Shown: positions 36,622 through 45,456 of the stretch, one piece after another
Position numbering within the stretch: position 1 is the stretch's first letter
How the letters are laid out: each line of letters starts with the position of its first letter
Position numbers and translations under genes: made by a program
The notes under the pieces: model-generated
What the model saw: only the letters and a program-made list of their open reading frames with translations
Told to the model about the DNA's origin: nothing
The model's database searches: none
NCBI GenBank assembly: GCA_947625845.1
Contig: CANQQB010000002.1
Coordinates: 9,122-73,121, forward strand
DNA length: 64,000 nt
Source of the DNA: an uncultured Oscillospiraceae bacterium
Lineage (GTDB): Bacteria > Bacillota > Clostridia > Oscillospirales > Oscillospiraceae
Direction: 5' to 3'

Positions 36622-37989
36622 TCAACCCTTTGCCGGAGGCGCATGGTCCTTCCACCTGCCGGACAGGAAGTAGGGGCACATGACCAGGAAGAAGGCGTAC
36701 CCCGCCAGGGCCCCGCCCAGCCAGTAGCCGGTGACACCCATGTGGAACACCTCCGCCAGCAGCAGGCACAGCCCGATGCGCATAATTACCCCATCCAGCA
36801 TCCCCAGGAGGAAGTTCATCACGGGGAAACCCATGCCGTTGCACAGCGCCGTGCTGGGTCCCCGGACGGCGAAGCCGAAGAAGTTCAGCACCGCTATGAG
36901 CACATAACTGTGGCTCATGGCCAGCACCGCCGGGTCGTCGTCAAAGAGCGAGAACACCCGCTCCGGCCAGGCGATCATGACGGCGGATAAAAACGCCGCG
37001 AAGCTCAGGCCCACCGCCAATGCCGTGGCCGCGGTCCGGCCTACCCGGTCGAATTTCCGGGCGGCGAAGTTCTGGCCCACCATGGTGGCCCCCGACTGGC
37101 TCAGGGCCTGGGAGATGATGCTGGCCACGGTGGACAGCTTCCCGCCTACGCTGTTCACGGCGGAGACGGTGACGCCGAACATGTTGATGCGGCTGGACAC
37201 GAATAGCTGGGACACGCTGATGGCGCAGGACTGGATCATCATGGGTACCCCCAGGCGCAGAAGCTTGCCCAGGTTCGCCGGGTCGGGTTTGAGATACCGG
37301 AGTCGGAACGTAAAGCCCAGCCGGTCCCGCCGCCGCCAGAGATAGCCAACGCACAGCAGGAAGCTGACCCCCTGGGCAATCACCGTGGCCAGCGCCGCGC
37401 CAAGAGGTCCCATGCCGCGGGATACGAACAGGATGTCCAATACCACGTTCAGCGCCGAGGCGATCATGATGAAGAGCATGGGCATTTTGGACTCCCCCAT
37501 GCCCCGCAGGATGGCGGCCACCATCACGTACCCCACCAGGAAGAAAAGCCCCGCCGTGCAGCAGTCCGTGTACTGGCGGCAGTACACCGCCGCCTCCGCC
37601 GGCACGTGCAGCCAGGCCATCACATGCCCGGCCAGCAGAAGGCCGGCGGCGGATATGACCAGGCTGAGCCCTAAGATGAACGTGAACATGGCCCCCACGA
37701 TTTTGGAAAGGCCGTCAGCGTCCTTCAGCCCCACGTACTGGCTTATGAGCACCTGCCCGGCGTTGCAAAAGCCCATGCACAAAAACGTGTAAAAGTGGAT
37801 GAGATCCGCGCCGATGCCCACGGCGGACAATCCCGCCGGTCCCACGTACCGGCCCACCACCGCCATGTCCACCAGATTGTAGGCGGTCTGCAATAGATTG
37901 GACAGCATGAACGGCCACGCGAACGCCAGCAGCTGCCGGGTCACGGGGCCGGATGTATAGTCTTTTATCAGGGAATTATCCTTTTGCAT
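36622..37989 (-). CDS. MATE-family efflux transporter
   Basis: LLAFAWPFMLSNLLQTAYNLVDMAVVGRYVGPAGLSAVG is the MatE signature. 455 aa with a 12-TM pattern. Confidence 0.88.
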   Translation of the reverse strand: MQKDNSLIKDYTSGPVTRQLLAFAWPFMLSNLLQTAYNLVDMAVVGRYVGPAGLSAVGIGADLIHFYTFLCMGFCNAGQVLISQYVGLKDADGLSKIVGAMFTFILGLSLVISAAGLLLAGHVMAWLHVPAEAAVYCRQYTDCCTAGLFFLVGYVMVAAILRGMGESKMPMLFIMIASALNVVLDILFVSRGMGPLGAALATVIAQGVSFLLCVGYLWRRRDRLGFTFRLRYLKPDPANLGKLLRLGVPMMIQSCAISVSQLFVSSRINMFGVTVSAVNSVGGKLSTVASIISQALSQSGATMVGQNFAARKFDRVGRTAATALAVGLSFAAFLSAVMIAWPERVFSLFDDDPAVLAMSHSYVLIAVLNFFGFAVRGPSTALCNGMGFPVMNFLLGMLDGVIMRIGLCLLLAEVFHMGVTGYWLGGALAGYAFFLVMCPYFLSGRWKDHAPPAKG

Positions 37990-38058
37990 GGGACGCTCTC
38001 TCTTTTTATGTTCTCCCTTATATTGTATCCCACATAAAACCCCGCCGCAAGGGAAAAT

Positions 38059-38865
38059 TTACCGCTTTATCCGTATCGTCACCACCATCTCCCTGTCGTT
38101 CTGCTCCCGGCGCAGGCCTACGTCCACGCCTCCCTGGCGCATGATGTCCACGCTCTTTTGCAGGGTGTTCAAAAATATCCGCACGTCTTTTAAGACCAGC
38201 CGGGTCCGGCTCTGGGCAGTGGGCTTATTGAACCGCTCCAAAAGCGCGTCTATGTAGCTGTCCGCGGCGGGTACGGTCATGCGCCGCTCGATGATGTGGT
38301 CCAGGGCCTTGCGGCGAAGCTCATCGTCGGGAAGGCGCAGCAGCGCACGGCCGTGGCGCTCCGTCAGGTCCGCGGACCGGAGCTTGTCCAGGATGTCCGG
38401 CGGCAGCTTCAAAAGCCGCAGTTTGTTGGCCACGGCGGGCTGGCTCTTCCCCAGCCGCCGGGCACATTCCTCCTGGCTCAGGCCGTAGGCCTCCATGAGC
38501 CGGGCGATGCCCCGGGCCTGTTCGATGAAGTCCAGGTCCTGGCGCTGGATGTTCTCCACCAGGGCCAGCAGTCCGGCCTCCGCGCCGTCCGCGTCCAGCA
38601 CCAGGCATGGTACCCGGTCCAGTCCGGCCAGCCTTGCCGCTCGCCAGCGCCGCTCCCCGGCCACCAGCTCGTAGCCGCTCTCACCACGCCGGACCGACAG
38701 GGGGCACAGCACACCGTACTGGCGTATGCTCTCCGCCAGCTCCTCCAGCGCCTCGGGCTCGAACACCTGGCGCGGCTGCATGGGGTTGGGCACGATCTCG
38801 TCCAGCGCCAGGCTCAGCACCCCCGTCTCCGCCGCCTTCCGGCGGGTCTTCATCAGCATCGGCAT
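38059..38865 (-). CDS. ParB/Noc-family DNA-binding protein (nucleoid-occlusion-like)
   Basis: ParB box I/II: IVPNPMQPRQVFEPEALEELAESIRQYGVLCPLSV ... ELVAGERRWRAARLAG. HTH LSQEECARRLGKSQPAVANKLRLLKLP. Noc-like C-terminus VLKDVRIFLNTLQKSVDIM...VVTIRI. GGGGGAG SD upstream of ATG 38865. The track start 39090 runs into the repeat. Confidence 0.75.
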   Translation of the reverse strand: MPMLMKTRRKAAETGVLSLALDEIVPNPMQPRQVFEPEALEELAESIRQYGVLCPLSVRRGESGYELVAGERRWRAARLAGLDRVPCLVLDADGAEAGLLALVENIQRQDLDFIEQARGIARLMEAYGLSQEECARRLGKSQPAVANKLRLLKLPPDILDKLRSADLTERHGRALLRLPDDELRRKALDHIIERRMTVPAADSYIDALLERFNKPTAQSRTRLVLKDVRIFLNTLQKSVDIMRQGGVDVGLRREQNDREMVVTIRIKR

Positions 38866-38991
38866 AGAAAAAACTCCCCCTCGCGCGCGTGATGGACACA
38901 TTATAAAATGTCCCATCCGCGAAAGGGGGAGAAAGGAGGGGGAGGAAACCGGAGCGAGCGCTTGCGATATGAACATCGCCGTCAGGCGCTC

Positions 38992-39334
38992 CTTGTTGAC
39001 GGCCCCCCTGTGTAAGGGGAGGTGGCGAGCGAAGCGAGGCGGAAGGGTTGTAACGTTGTGGTTTACGGACAACCCTCCAGTCAGCGCCAAAGGCGCTGAC
39101 AGCCCCCCTTACACAGGGGGGCCGTTCGATAAGGAAAGATTTAAATATCTCTCCCCCAGTCAGCGCAAAGCGCTGACAGCCCCCTCGTCAGAGGGGGCCG
39201 GCCCCTGCCGGGGCCGATTTCGGGGGCAAAGCCCCCGCCTCCCTCTGACGAGGGAGGTGGCGCGGCGCAAGCCGCGACGGAAGGAGAGAAACATTAAAAT
39301 CCAACGCAGTCCACGGCGTGAGCCGGGGACACCT
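38992..39334. repeat. Extragenic repeat cluster, locus F (full TGTGCAA-type palindrome + full TGAC-type palindrome + GNRA hairpin)
   Basis: 38992-39135 is the TGTGCAA-type unit. 39140-39293 reads CTCTCCCCCAGTCAGCGCAAAGCGCTGAC...GGAAGGAGAGA. 39294-39334 reads AAAATCCAACGCAGTCCACGGCGTGAGCCGGGGACACC and abuts the stop codon of the radical-SAM gene. Confidence 0.88.
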
Positions 39335-40198
39335 TTATACCCCCGTGCCGTCGAAGGGCGGGGTGTACGCCGCCTCGGCGCTGGAAAGCTCCTGGGTGTA
39401 CCCCTCCAATAGCCCCAGCGCCGCCATATAATCGCAGGCGCGCCGGTATTCCTCCGCCGTCAGCCGCCGGTCCGGGCCGCCAAGCCCGTTGGGGGTATAC
39501 TGGCCCATGAGGCTCACCAGCACGTCCCCGTCCCGGAACGTCTCCCGTATCCAGTCCAGCACGGCGAAGGTGTTGTCCAGCTCCCCCGGCAGCACCAGGT
39601 GGCGGATCATCACGCCTTTTATGAGCATGCCGTCGTCGTCCAGCACATACGGCCCGGTCTGGCGGAACATCTCCGTGATGGCCGCTCTCGCCACGGCGGG
39701 GTAATCAGCCGCGCCGGAGAGCCTGTCCGCCAGCGCGCCGTCCATGTACTTCATGTCCGGCAGATAGACCTGTACCTTCCCCGCCAGCGCACGGAGAGCC
39801 GGGACGGATTCGTAGCCGCCGGTGTTCCACACCACGGGGACGGAGGGCGTCGGGGTCAGAGCCTGCAATACGGCAGGCAGGAAGTGGGACGCGGTGACCA
39901 GGTTCAAATTGTGGACCCCCTGCGCTTCCAGCTCCCGGAATATCTCCCGCAGCCGGTCCACGGTCACGGCCTTTCCCGCACCCCCGGCGCTGATGTCATG
40001 GTTCTGGCAGAACGCGCACCGGAGCGCGCACCCGGCGAAAAACACGGCTCCGCTGCCCCGCTGGCCGCTGATACAGGGTTCCTCCCAATAGTGGGGCGCG
40101 GCACGGGCGATAACGGGCTCCCAGCCCACGCCGCAATAGCCGGGGTGGGCCGCGTCCCGCGGCGCGCTGCATTTTCTCGGACATATGGAACAGAGCAT
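39335..40198 (-). CDS. Radical SAM protein (PflX-like putative activating enzyme, COG1313 type)
   Basis: N-terminal CSICPRKC...GYCG Cys cluster. Radical-SAM motif CALRCAFCQN (CxxxCxxC). 287 aa from ATG 40198. Confidence 0.8.
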   Translation of the reverse strand: MLCSICPRKCSAPRDAAHPGYCGVGWEPVIARAAPHYWEEPCISGQRGSGAVFFAGCALRCAFCQNHDISAGGAGKAVTVDRLREIFRELEAQGVHNLNLVTASHFLPAVLQALTPTPSVPVVWNTGGYESVPALRALAGKVQVYLPDMKYMDGALADRLSGAADYPAVARAAITEMFRQTGPYVLDDDGMLIKGVMIRHLVLPGELDNTFAVLDWIRETFRDGDVLVSLMGQYTPNGLGGPDRRLTAEEYRRACDYMAALGLLEGYTQELSSAEAAYTPPFDGTGV

Positions 40199-40280
40199 AT
40201 TTTCTCTCCCCCAGTCAGCGCGAAGCGCTGACAGCCCCCTCGTCAGAGGGGGCCGGCCCCTCTGGGGCCGATATCGGGGG
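40199..40280. repeat. Extragenic repeat, locus G (left arm and centre of a TGAC-type unit)
   Basis: TTTCTCTCCCCCAGTCAGCGCGAAGCGCTGACAGCCCCCTCGTCAGAGGGGGCCGGCCCCTCTGGGGCCGAT. It overlaps the last ~22 codons of the GNAT gene and provides GGGAGAGA upstream of the radical-SAM ATG. Confidence 0.85.
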
Positions 40281-40841
40281 TGCGGCTGATGCCGCATATT
40301 CCTCCCGCAAAATGGAATACCACACCTCGTCGATCACGCCCTGGTTGCAAAATCCCGCCTGGCGCAGGGTGCCCTCATAGCGCATGCCGATCTTCTGCAT
40401 ACACCGGCCCGACTTGGGGTTGCCCACGGCGTGGACGGCGGCGACGCGGTTGCAGCCCACTTCATCGAACAGAAACCGCACCACGGCCCGGCCGGCCTCG
40501 GGCATGAGCCCTTGGCCCCACCACTTGGTGCCCATGCAGTAGCCCAGCTCCGCGCAGTCGATATCCTCCCGGAGGCGGGTGACGGAGATGCTGCCGATAA
40601 GCTGGCCGGTCTGGCGCAGCTCCAGTGCCCAGGTGTAAAAATCCGCGCGCTCATAGGACGCGATCCAGCTCTCCAAAACCTGCCGCGTCACGTCCACGCT
40701 GGCGTGGGGCGGCCAGGTGAGAAATTCCGTCACGGCGGCGTCCGACGCCCAATTGGCGTACATCGCCCCGGCGTCCTCCGGGACGAACCGACGGAGAAGC
40801 AGTCTCTCCGTCTGAAGCGAAATGGTCCCTTTGTGGTGCAT
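40215..40841 (-). CDS. GNAT-family N-acetyltransferase (RimJ/RimL-like) with a repeat-encoded C-terminal tail
   Basis: LQTERLLLRRFVPEDAGAMYANWASD...IGSISV...ELGYCMGTKWWGQGLMPEAGRAVVRFLF...NRVAAVHAVGNPKSGRCMQKIGMRYEG. The tail AAPPISAPEGPAPSDEGAVSASR is read from the repeat. Confidence 0.8.
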   Translation of the reverse strand: MHHKGTISLQTERLLLRRFVPEDAGAMYANWASDAAVTEFLTWPPHASVDVTRQVLESWIASYERADFYTWALELRQTGQLIGSISVTRLREDIDCAELGYCMGTKWWGQGLMPEAGRAVVRFLFDEVGCNRVAAVHAVGNPKSGRCMQKIGMRYEGTLRQAGFCNQGVIDEVWYSILREEYAASAAPPISAPEGPAPSDEGAVSASR

Positions 40842-40884
40842 TTTTCATCCTCCGTGTTTGTATATCGCCGTCGGGCGATACTTT

Positions 40885-41460
40885 GTTGAAAGCCTCCCCT
40901 GTGCAAGGGGAGGTGCCGAGCGAAGCGAGGCGGAAGGGTTGTCTGTTATTGAACGTTACAACCCCTCCGAGCCGCCATACGGCGGCCCACCTCCCCTTAC
41001 ACAGGGGAGGCTTTCAATAAGGATGCGGCGCAGCCGCACAATTTTGACGGCCCCCTTGTCGTCGCCGCTCGCTGGGCTAGGTCGTGATTTGCCGCAAGCG
41101 GCAAACCCCGAATAGCCCGCGGCGTCTCCTCTCCCCAAAAGGCAAGCGTGCCTTTTGGGGGCCCCATTCAAAAAGGAAAAGGATTTAAATTATTCTCTCC
41201 CTCAGTCAGCGCGAAGCGCTGACAGCCCCCTCGTCAGAGGGGGCCGGCCCCGCCGGGGCCGATTCGGGGGCAAAGCCCCCGCCTCCCCCTGACGGGGGAG
41301 GTGGCACGGCGCAAGCCGTGACGGAGGGAGAGAAGCATTAAAATCCAGCGCAGTCCCCGGCGGGAGCCGGGGACACCTTTGGCGCGGCGGGGACAGCACC
41401 GTTACAATCCCCCCGCCCGCCGTGGCGGGCACCCCCCCCTTTGACAAGGGAGGCTTTCCA
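40885..41460. repeat. Extragenic repeat cluster, locus H (largest: TGTGCAA-type palindrome + M4 core + TGAC-type palindrome + GNRA hairpin + arm)
   Basis: 40885-41022 is a full unit. M4 core 41059-41166. TGAC-type unit 41186-41345. GGGA-loop hairpin GTCCCCGGCGGGAGCCGGGGAC around 41360. Final arm ...CCCCCCCCTTTGACAAGGGAGGCTTTCC. Confidence 0.88.
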
Positions 41461-41490
41461 TATGGTGCGCGGCTTGCGCCGCGCAGATTT

Positions 41491-42081
41491 TCACCCTACA
41501 ATAAACCGCCGCCAGAGCCACAGCGTGACCAGTGACACCGCCATGCCCAGTGCGCCTGCCCCGGCGGCAAGCAGGACCTTCTGATAAGGCCGCTTGCCCG
41601 CCTCCCGCGCCTTTTCGATCTCGGTGAGAGTCTTGCCCTCGGTGAAGGCCACGATCTCTTTGTAGGTCTGGATGTCGAATTTCTTCTTCCAGCGCTCCAC
41701 CCGGAGCGACCAGGCAAACGTCACGGCGGCCAGCACTGACCAACCCGCCAGACCCCACCACCGCCACAGCATCGCCAGCGGCACGCATGTGACCAGCATG
41801 GCCGCGAACAGCGCCGTCAAAATCACGCTGTCCCGCCGGAAGGCCGCCTTTTCCTCGTCGTCGATCTGCTTTTTCATTTCCGCGATGTCTCCTTTGACAA
41901 GATCGTCAAGGGACGCGGAAAAGACCTCCGCCAACAGCAGCAGGCTCTTGATGTCCGGGCAGGTCCGGCTGTTTTCCCAGTTGGAGACGGACTGGCGGGT
42001 TGCGTACACCCGCTGCGCCAGCTCGTCCTGGGAAAGGCCCAGAGCCTGCCGTCTTTTTCGTATCTGACCGCCAAGTTCCAT
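41491..42081 (-). CDS. XRE-family HTH regulator with C-terminal transmembrane segments
   Basis: IRKRRQALGLSQDELAQRVYATRQSVSNWENSRTCPDIKSLLLLAEVF (HTH_3). Hydrophobic stretches follow (VILTALFAAMLVTCVPLAMLW, GWSVLAAVTFAW, VLLAAGAGALGMAVSLVTLWLW). Confidence 0.85.
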   Translation of the reverse strand: MELGGQIRKRRQALGLSQDELAQRVYATRQSVSNWENSRTCPDIKSLLLLAEVFSASLDDLVKGDIAEMKKQIDDEEKAAFRRDSVILTALFAAMLVTCVPLAMLWRWWGLAGWSVLAAVTFAWSLRVERWKKKFDIQTYKEIVAFTEGKTLTEIEKAREAGKRPYQKVLLAAGAGALGMAVSLVTLWLWRRFIVG

Positions 42082-42155
42082 GGTCCGCGCCTCCTTGCTC
42101 CGCCAGCATACGGGAAAAACGGCGAGGCGTCTATCAAAGGTCTTTTACATGGAGG

Positions 42156-42647
42156 TCACTCGGCCCGGAAGCGCCATAATTTTGCCTGGTCTTCGGGGGC
42201 GGCGTAGGCGATGCCCACGCGGGGCGAGGCGGTTATGTTCTCCGGCTTGTACCCGTCATCCTCCAGCGCCAGCGCGCCGCCAAGGTGTGTGTCGTTCAGG
42301 CTCTTGTCGATGGCCAGGTATTTCGTCACCCTGCCGGGACCAGAGGCACCCTCCACGCCCCGTATCAGCACCGCCTGGGGACTGTCCGCCGGGCCGGTCA
42401 CCAGGTTCAGCATCCAGTGGACGCCGTAGCACAGGTATACGTATATGGTCCCCGCCGGGTGGTACAGCACCTCGGTCCGCTTCGTCCGGCCGTGGCTGGC
42501 GTGACAGGCGGTGTCGGCCTCGCCGAAATACGCCTCCGTCTCCGTGACGCGCACCCGCAGCTCCCGTCCGTCCGGAAAGCGGCGGACCAGTATTTTGCCC
42601 ACCAGAGCGCGGGCCGCCTCCGGGGCAGGCAGGTCAAGGATACTCAT
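42156..42647 (-). CDS. DNA-3-methyladenine glycosylase (AAG/Mpg family)
   Basis: ALVGKILVRR...VTETEAYFGEADTACHASHGRTKRTEVLY.PAGTIYVYLCYGVHWMLNLV...AVLIRGVEG..GPGRVTKYL. Confidence 0.88.
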   Translation of the reverse strand: MSILDLPAPEAARALVGKILVRRFPDGRELRVRVTETEAYFGEADTACHASHGRTKRTEVLYHPAGTIYVYLCYGVHWMLNLVTGPADSPQAVLIRGVEGASGPGRVTKYLAIDKSLNDTHLGGALALEDDGYKPENITASPRVGIAYAAPEDQAKLWRFRAE

Positions 42648-43677
42648 ACGTATACCCCTCGGCGTGCTCCGTGAAGCCGTCGGCCAGGCCGGCCGTGACG
42701 ACCACCCGGCCGTCGTCCGTCACCAGCACCAGGTCCACGTCCTCGTGAGCGGCGGCATAGAAGAGCGCGCCGTCCTCCCCCAGCACGAATAGGGCCGTAC
42801 TGAGCGCGTCGGCACGGGTCCCGTCCGCCGTCACCACCGTCACGGACGCAAGGCCGTTGTCCACGGGATAACCCGTGGCCGGGTCCAGGATGTGGATATA
42901 GCGCCGGCCGTCCCGGTCAAAATAGCGCTGATAGCCGCCGGAGGTGACCACCGCCGTCTCGCCTACGGACAGGGTACCCACGTAAGATCCCGTGTCGTTG
43001 GGGTCCGTGACGGCCACCTGCCAGGGTCCCCCGTCGGGCCGGGCGTCACCTAAAGTCTGCACGTTCCCGCCCAAGGAGAAGATGGCCCGCTCCGCGCCGG
43101 CGGCGCGGGCCGCCTCGATGGCCTTTTGGGCGGCATAGCCCTTGGCCACCGCGCCAAGGGACAGGGCCATACCCGCCGGGAGCGCGGCGGTCCCATTGGA
43201 AGTGTCCAGAATAATACCGTCCGTATTCTTCGCCGCCAGCAGTTCGTCCAGCTCCGTCTTATCCGGCACACGGTACTGGCCGGTGGTGAAGCCCCATGCC
43301 TGTATCACGGGATAGAGCGCCGGGTCCAAAGCGCCGCCGGTGTCCCGGTAAACGGCCAGGGCCGTGTCCAGCACGCGCATGCAGTCTTCCGACACGCTCA
43401 CCGGTCCGCCGGCGCCGGCGTTCAGGGCGTGGACGGAGCTGCCCGCCTTCTCCGGGTCCAGGTCCGCCGCCAGGGCGTTGATGGCGTCCACGGCGGCGGT
43501 CAGGGCGGCGTCGCCATGGTCGCCGTAGGCGGTCAGGAGCATCACCGTGTCCATGGCGAAAAGCTGCTTTTCGTGCTTTTCCGCCGCCGGGTCCTTGCCG
43601 CACCCGGCCAGTGTCACGGCCAGCGTTAAGACCAGCGCCAGGACGATGGGTTTACAGCTCCGCTTTGTGGGCCTCAT
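42634..43677 (-). CDS. apbE: FAD:protein FMN transferase (ApbE family lipoprotein)
   Basis: Lipobox LAGC. FAMDTVMLLTAYG...; GAVAKGYAAQ; GG.QRYF...G..Y.HILDP.TG.P. It overlaps both neighbours (14 nt and 26 nt). Confidence 0.88.
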   Translation of the reverse strand: MRPTKRSCKPIVLALVLTLAVTLAGCGKDPAAEKHEKQLFAMDTVMLLTAYGDHGDAALTAAVDAINALAADLDPEKAGSSVHALNAGAGGPVSVSEDCMRVLDTALAVYRDTGGALDPALYPVIQAWGFTTGQYRVPDKTELDELLAAKNTDGIILDTSNGTAALPAGMALSLGAVAKGYAAQKAIEAARAAGAERAIFSLGGNVQTLGDARPDGGPWQVAVTDPNDTGSYVGTLSVGETAVVTSGGYQRYFDRDGRRYIHILDPATGYPVDNGLASVTVVTADGTRADALSTALFVLGEDGALFYAAAHEDVDLVLVTDDGRVVVTAGLADGFTEHAEGYTYEYP

Positions 43678-44674
43678 AAAACTCCCAGTAATCCTTCAGC
43701 ATGTACTTGAGCACGTTGGGCGTGTCCAGGTGGTAGGGGCATTTGGACTTGCACCGGCCGCAGTTCACGCAGTCGTTGATCTTGTTCATCTTCGCCTGCC
43801 ACTCCGGGGTGAAGTAGGGCCGCCAGGGGCTGCGGCGGATGAGCATGTCCATCCGGGCGCACTGGCGTATCTCGATGCCCTGGGGGCAGGGCATGCAGTA
43901 GCCGCAGCTTCGGCAGAACTGGCCGCCCAATTCGGCCCGGTCCTTGTCGACGACCGCTTGCAGCTCGTCCGTCATGACCGGGTCCTCCTGAGCAAGAGCC
44001 AGCCACTGTTCCAGCTCCTCCATGGTCTGCACGCCGTAGATGGGCACCACCCCGTCCTGCTCCCGCATGAACGCGTGCACGGCCCGTGCGTTGGCCAGCA
44101 TGCCGCCGGCCAGGGCCTTCATGGCGATAAAGCCCATGCCCGCGTTGAGACAGGACCGGACCAGCGCCGCTTCCTCGTCGCTGGAGAGATAGCTGTACGG
44201 GAATTGGAGCGTCTCGAACCGGCCGGAGGCCACCGCTTCTTCGGAAAAGCGGATGGAATGGCTGGTGACGCCGATGTGCCGGACATATCCCTTTTCCTTG
44301 GCGTCCAGGGCCGCTTCAAAAGCGCCGCTGTCCACCTCGTCCCAATTGGACACCATGTGGAACTGGAACAGGTCGATGTAGTCCGTCTTCAGCCGCTCCA
44401 GGGAGGTCCGGATATGTTTGGCCACGGTGTCATAGTTCCGGCCCGTGCTCTTGGTGGAGATCACGATATCTCCCCGCACGTCGGCCAACGCCAGGCCGAT
44501 CTTTTCCTCCGAATCCGTATAGGCGTTGGCGGTATCGAAATAGCGTATGCCGCCCTCGTAGGCCCGGCGCAGGATGCGCACGGCCTCGTCCTTGTCCCGC
44601 CGCTGGATGGGCAGCGCCCCGAAGGCGGGTTTCGTCACGGTCAGGCCCGTGCTGCCAAGCTTCACGCTCTGCAT
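43652..44674 (-). CDS. Aldo/keto reductase with a C-terminal 4Fe-4S ferredoxin-type domain
   Basis: The N-terminus GALPIQR...A..ILRRAYEGGIRYFDTANAY..SE..IG.AL is AKR-like. The C-terminus has CRSCGYCMPCPQGI and CVNCGRCKSKCPY Cys clusters. Confidence 0.85.
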   Translation of the reverse strand: MQSVKLGSTGLTVTKPAFGALPIQRRDKDEAVRILRRAYEGGIRYFDTANAYTDSEEKIGLALADVRGDIVISTKSTGRNYDTVAKHIRTSLERLKTDYIDLFQFHMVSNWDEVDSGAFEAALDAKEKGYVRHIGVTSHSIRFSEEAVASGRFETLQFPYSYLSSDEEAALVRSCLNAGMGFIAMKALAGGMLANARAVHAFMREQDGVVPIYGVQTMEELEQWLALAQEDPVMTDELQAVVDKDRAELGGQFCRSCGYCMPCPQGIEIRQCARMDMLIRRSPWRPYFTPEWQAKMNKINDCVNCGRCKSKCPYHLDTPNVLKYMLKDYWEFYEAHKAEL

Positions 44675-44813
44675 GAATCATCACCTCGCACGAAAGTATA
44701 TCATATTCCCCCCGAGTTTCCAAGCCGCGCGGGGCATGCAAAAAGTTTGTTTGCATATGATGTTCCCGTATGATATAGTATAGGGTAATTTGGAACCTTG
44801 GGAGGCGAGCGGG

Positions 44814-45452
44814 TTGGACAGCTTTTACGCCCTCATCGCCCGGATGAAGAACATCGACCGCTGGGCGCTGATGCGCTCGGTGACGCGGGAGAACGTGCAG
44901 GAGCACAGCCACATGGTGGCGGTGCTGGCACACGCGCTGGCGGTGATACGCCGGGACGTGTTCGGCGTCGACTGCGACCCCAATGCGGCCGCGGCCGCGG
45001 CGCTGTTTCACGACGCGGGGGAGATATTGACCGGGGACCTGCCCACGCCGATAAAATATAATAACCCGGACATCATGACCGCCTACCGGCAGGTGGAGGC
45101 GGCGGCGGCTCAAAAGCTTCTGGGCATGCTCCCGGCGGAGCTGCGGCCGGCCTACGCGCCGCTTTTAAGCGAGCCGGACCCGGACTTAAAGCCCCTGGTG
45201 AAGGCCGCCGACAAGCTCAGCGCCTATATCAAGTGCATCGAGGAACGCAGAGCCGGCAACGACGAGTTTTTGATGGCCGAGCGCAAGAGCCTGGAAACGC
45301 TGCAAAACTATCATCTGCCCGAGGTGGATTACTTCCTGGAAAAGTTCATCCCCGCCTTCGAGCGGACACTGGACGACCTGGGGACCATGGATTACGAGGA
45401 ACCGAAACTGAATATACCTTCCGAGAAACTACCTTCCGAAAAGGAGAATTGA
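44814..45452 (+). CDS. HD-domain 5'-deoxynucleotidase (YfbR-like)
   Basis: (M)[42 protein letters not shown]...[28 protein letters not shown] 8 nt upstream of a TTG at 44814. That start is inferred, and the track start is 44790. Confidence 0.8.
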   Translation: MDSFYALIARMKNIDRWALMRSVTRENVQEHSHMVAVLAHALAVIRRDVFGVDCDPNAAAAAALFHDAGEILTGDLPTPIKYNNPDIMTAYRQVEAAAAQKLLGMLPAELRPAYAPLLSEPDPDLKPLVKAADKLSAYIKCIEERRAGNDEFLMAERKSLETLQNYHLPEVDYFLEKFIPAFERTLDDLGTMDYEEPKLNIPSEKLPSEKEN

Positions 45453-45456
45453 ACCA

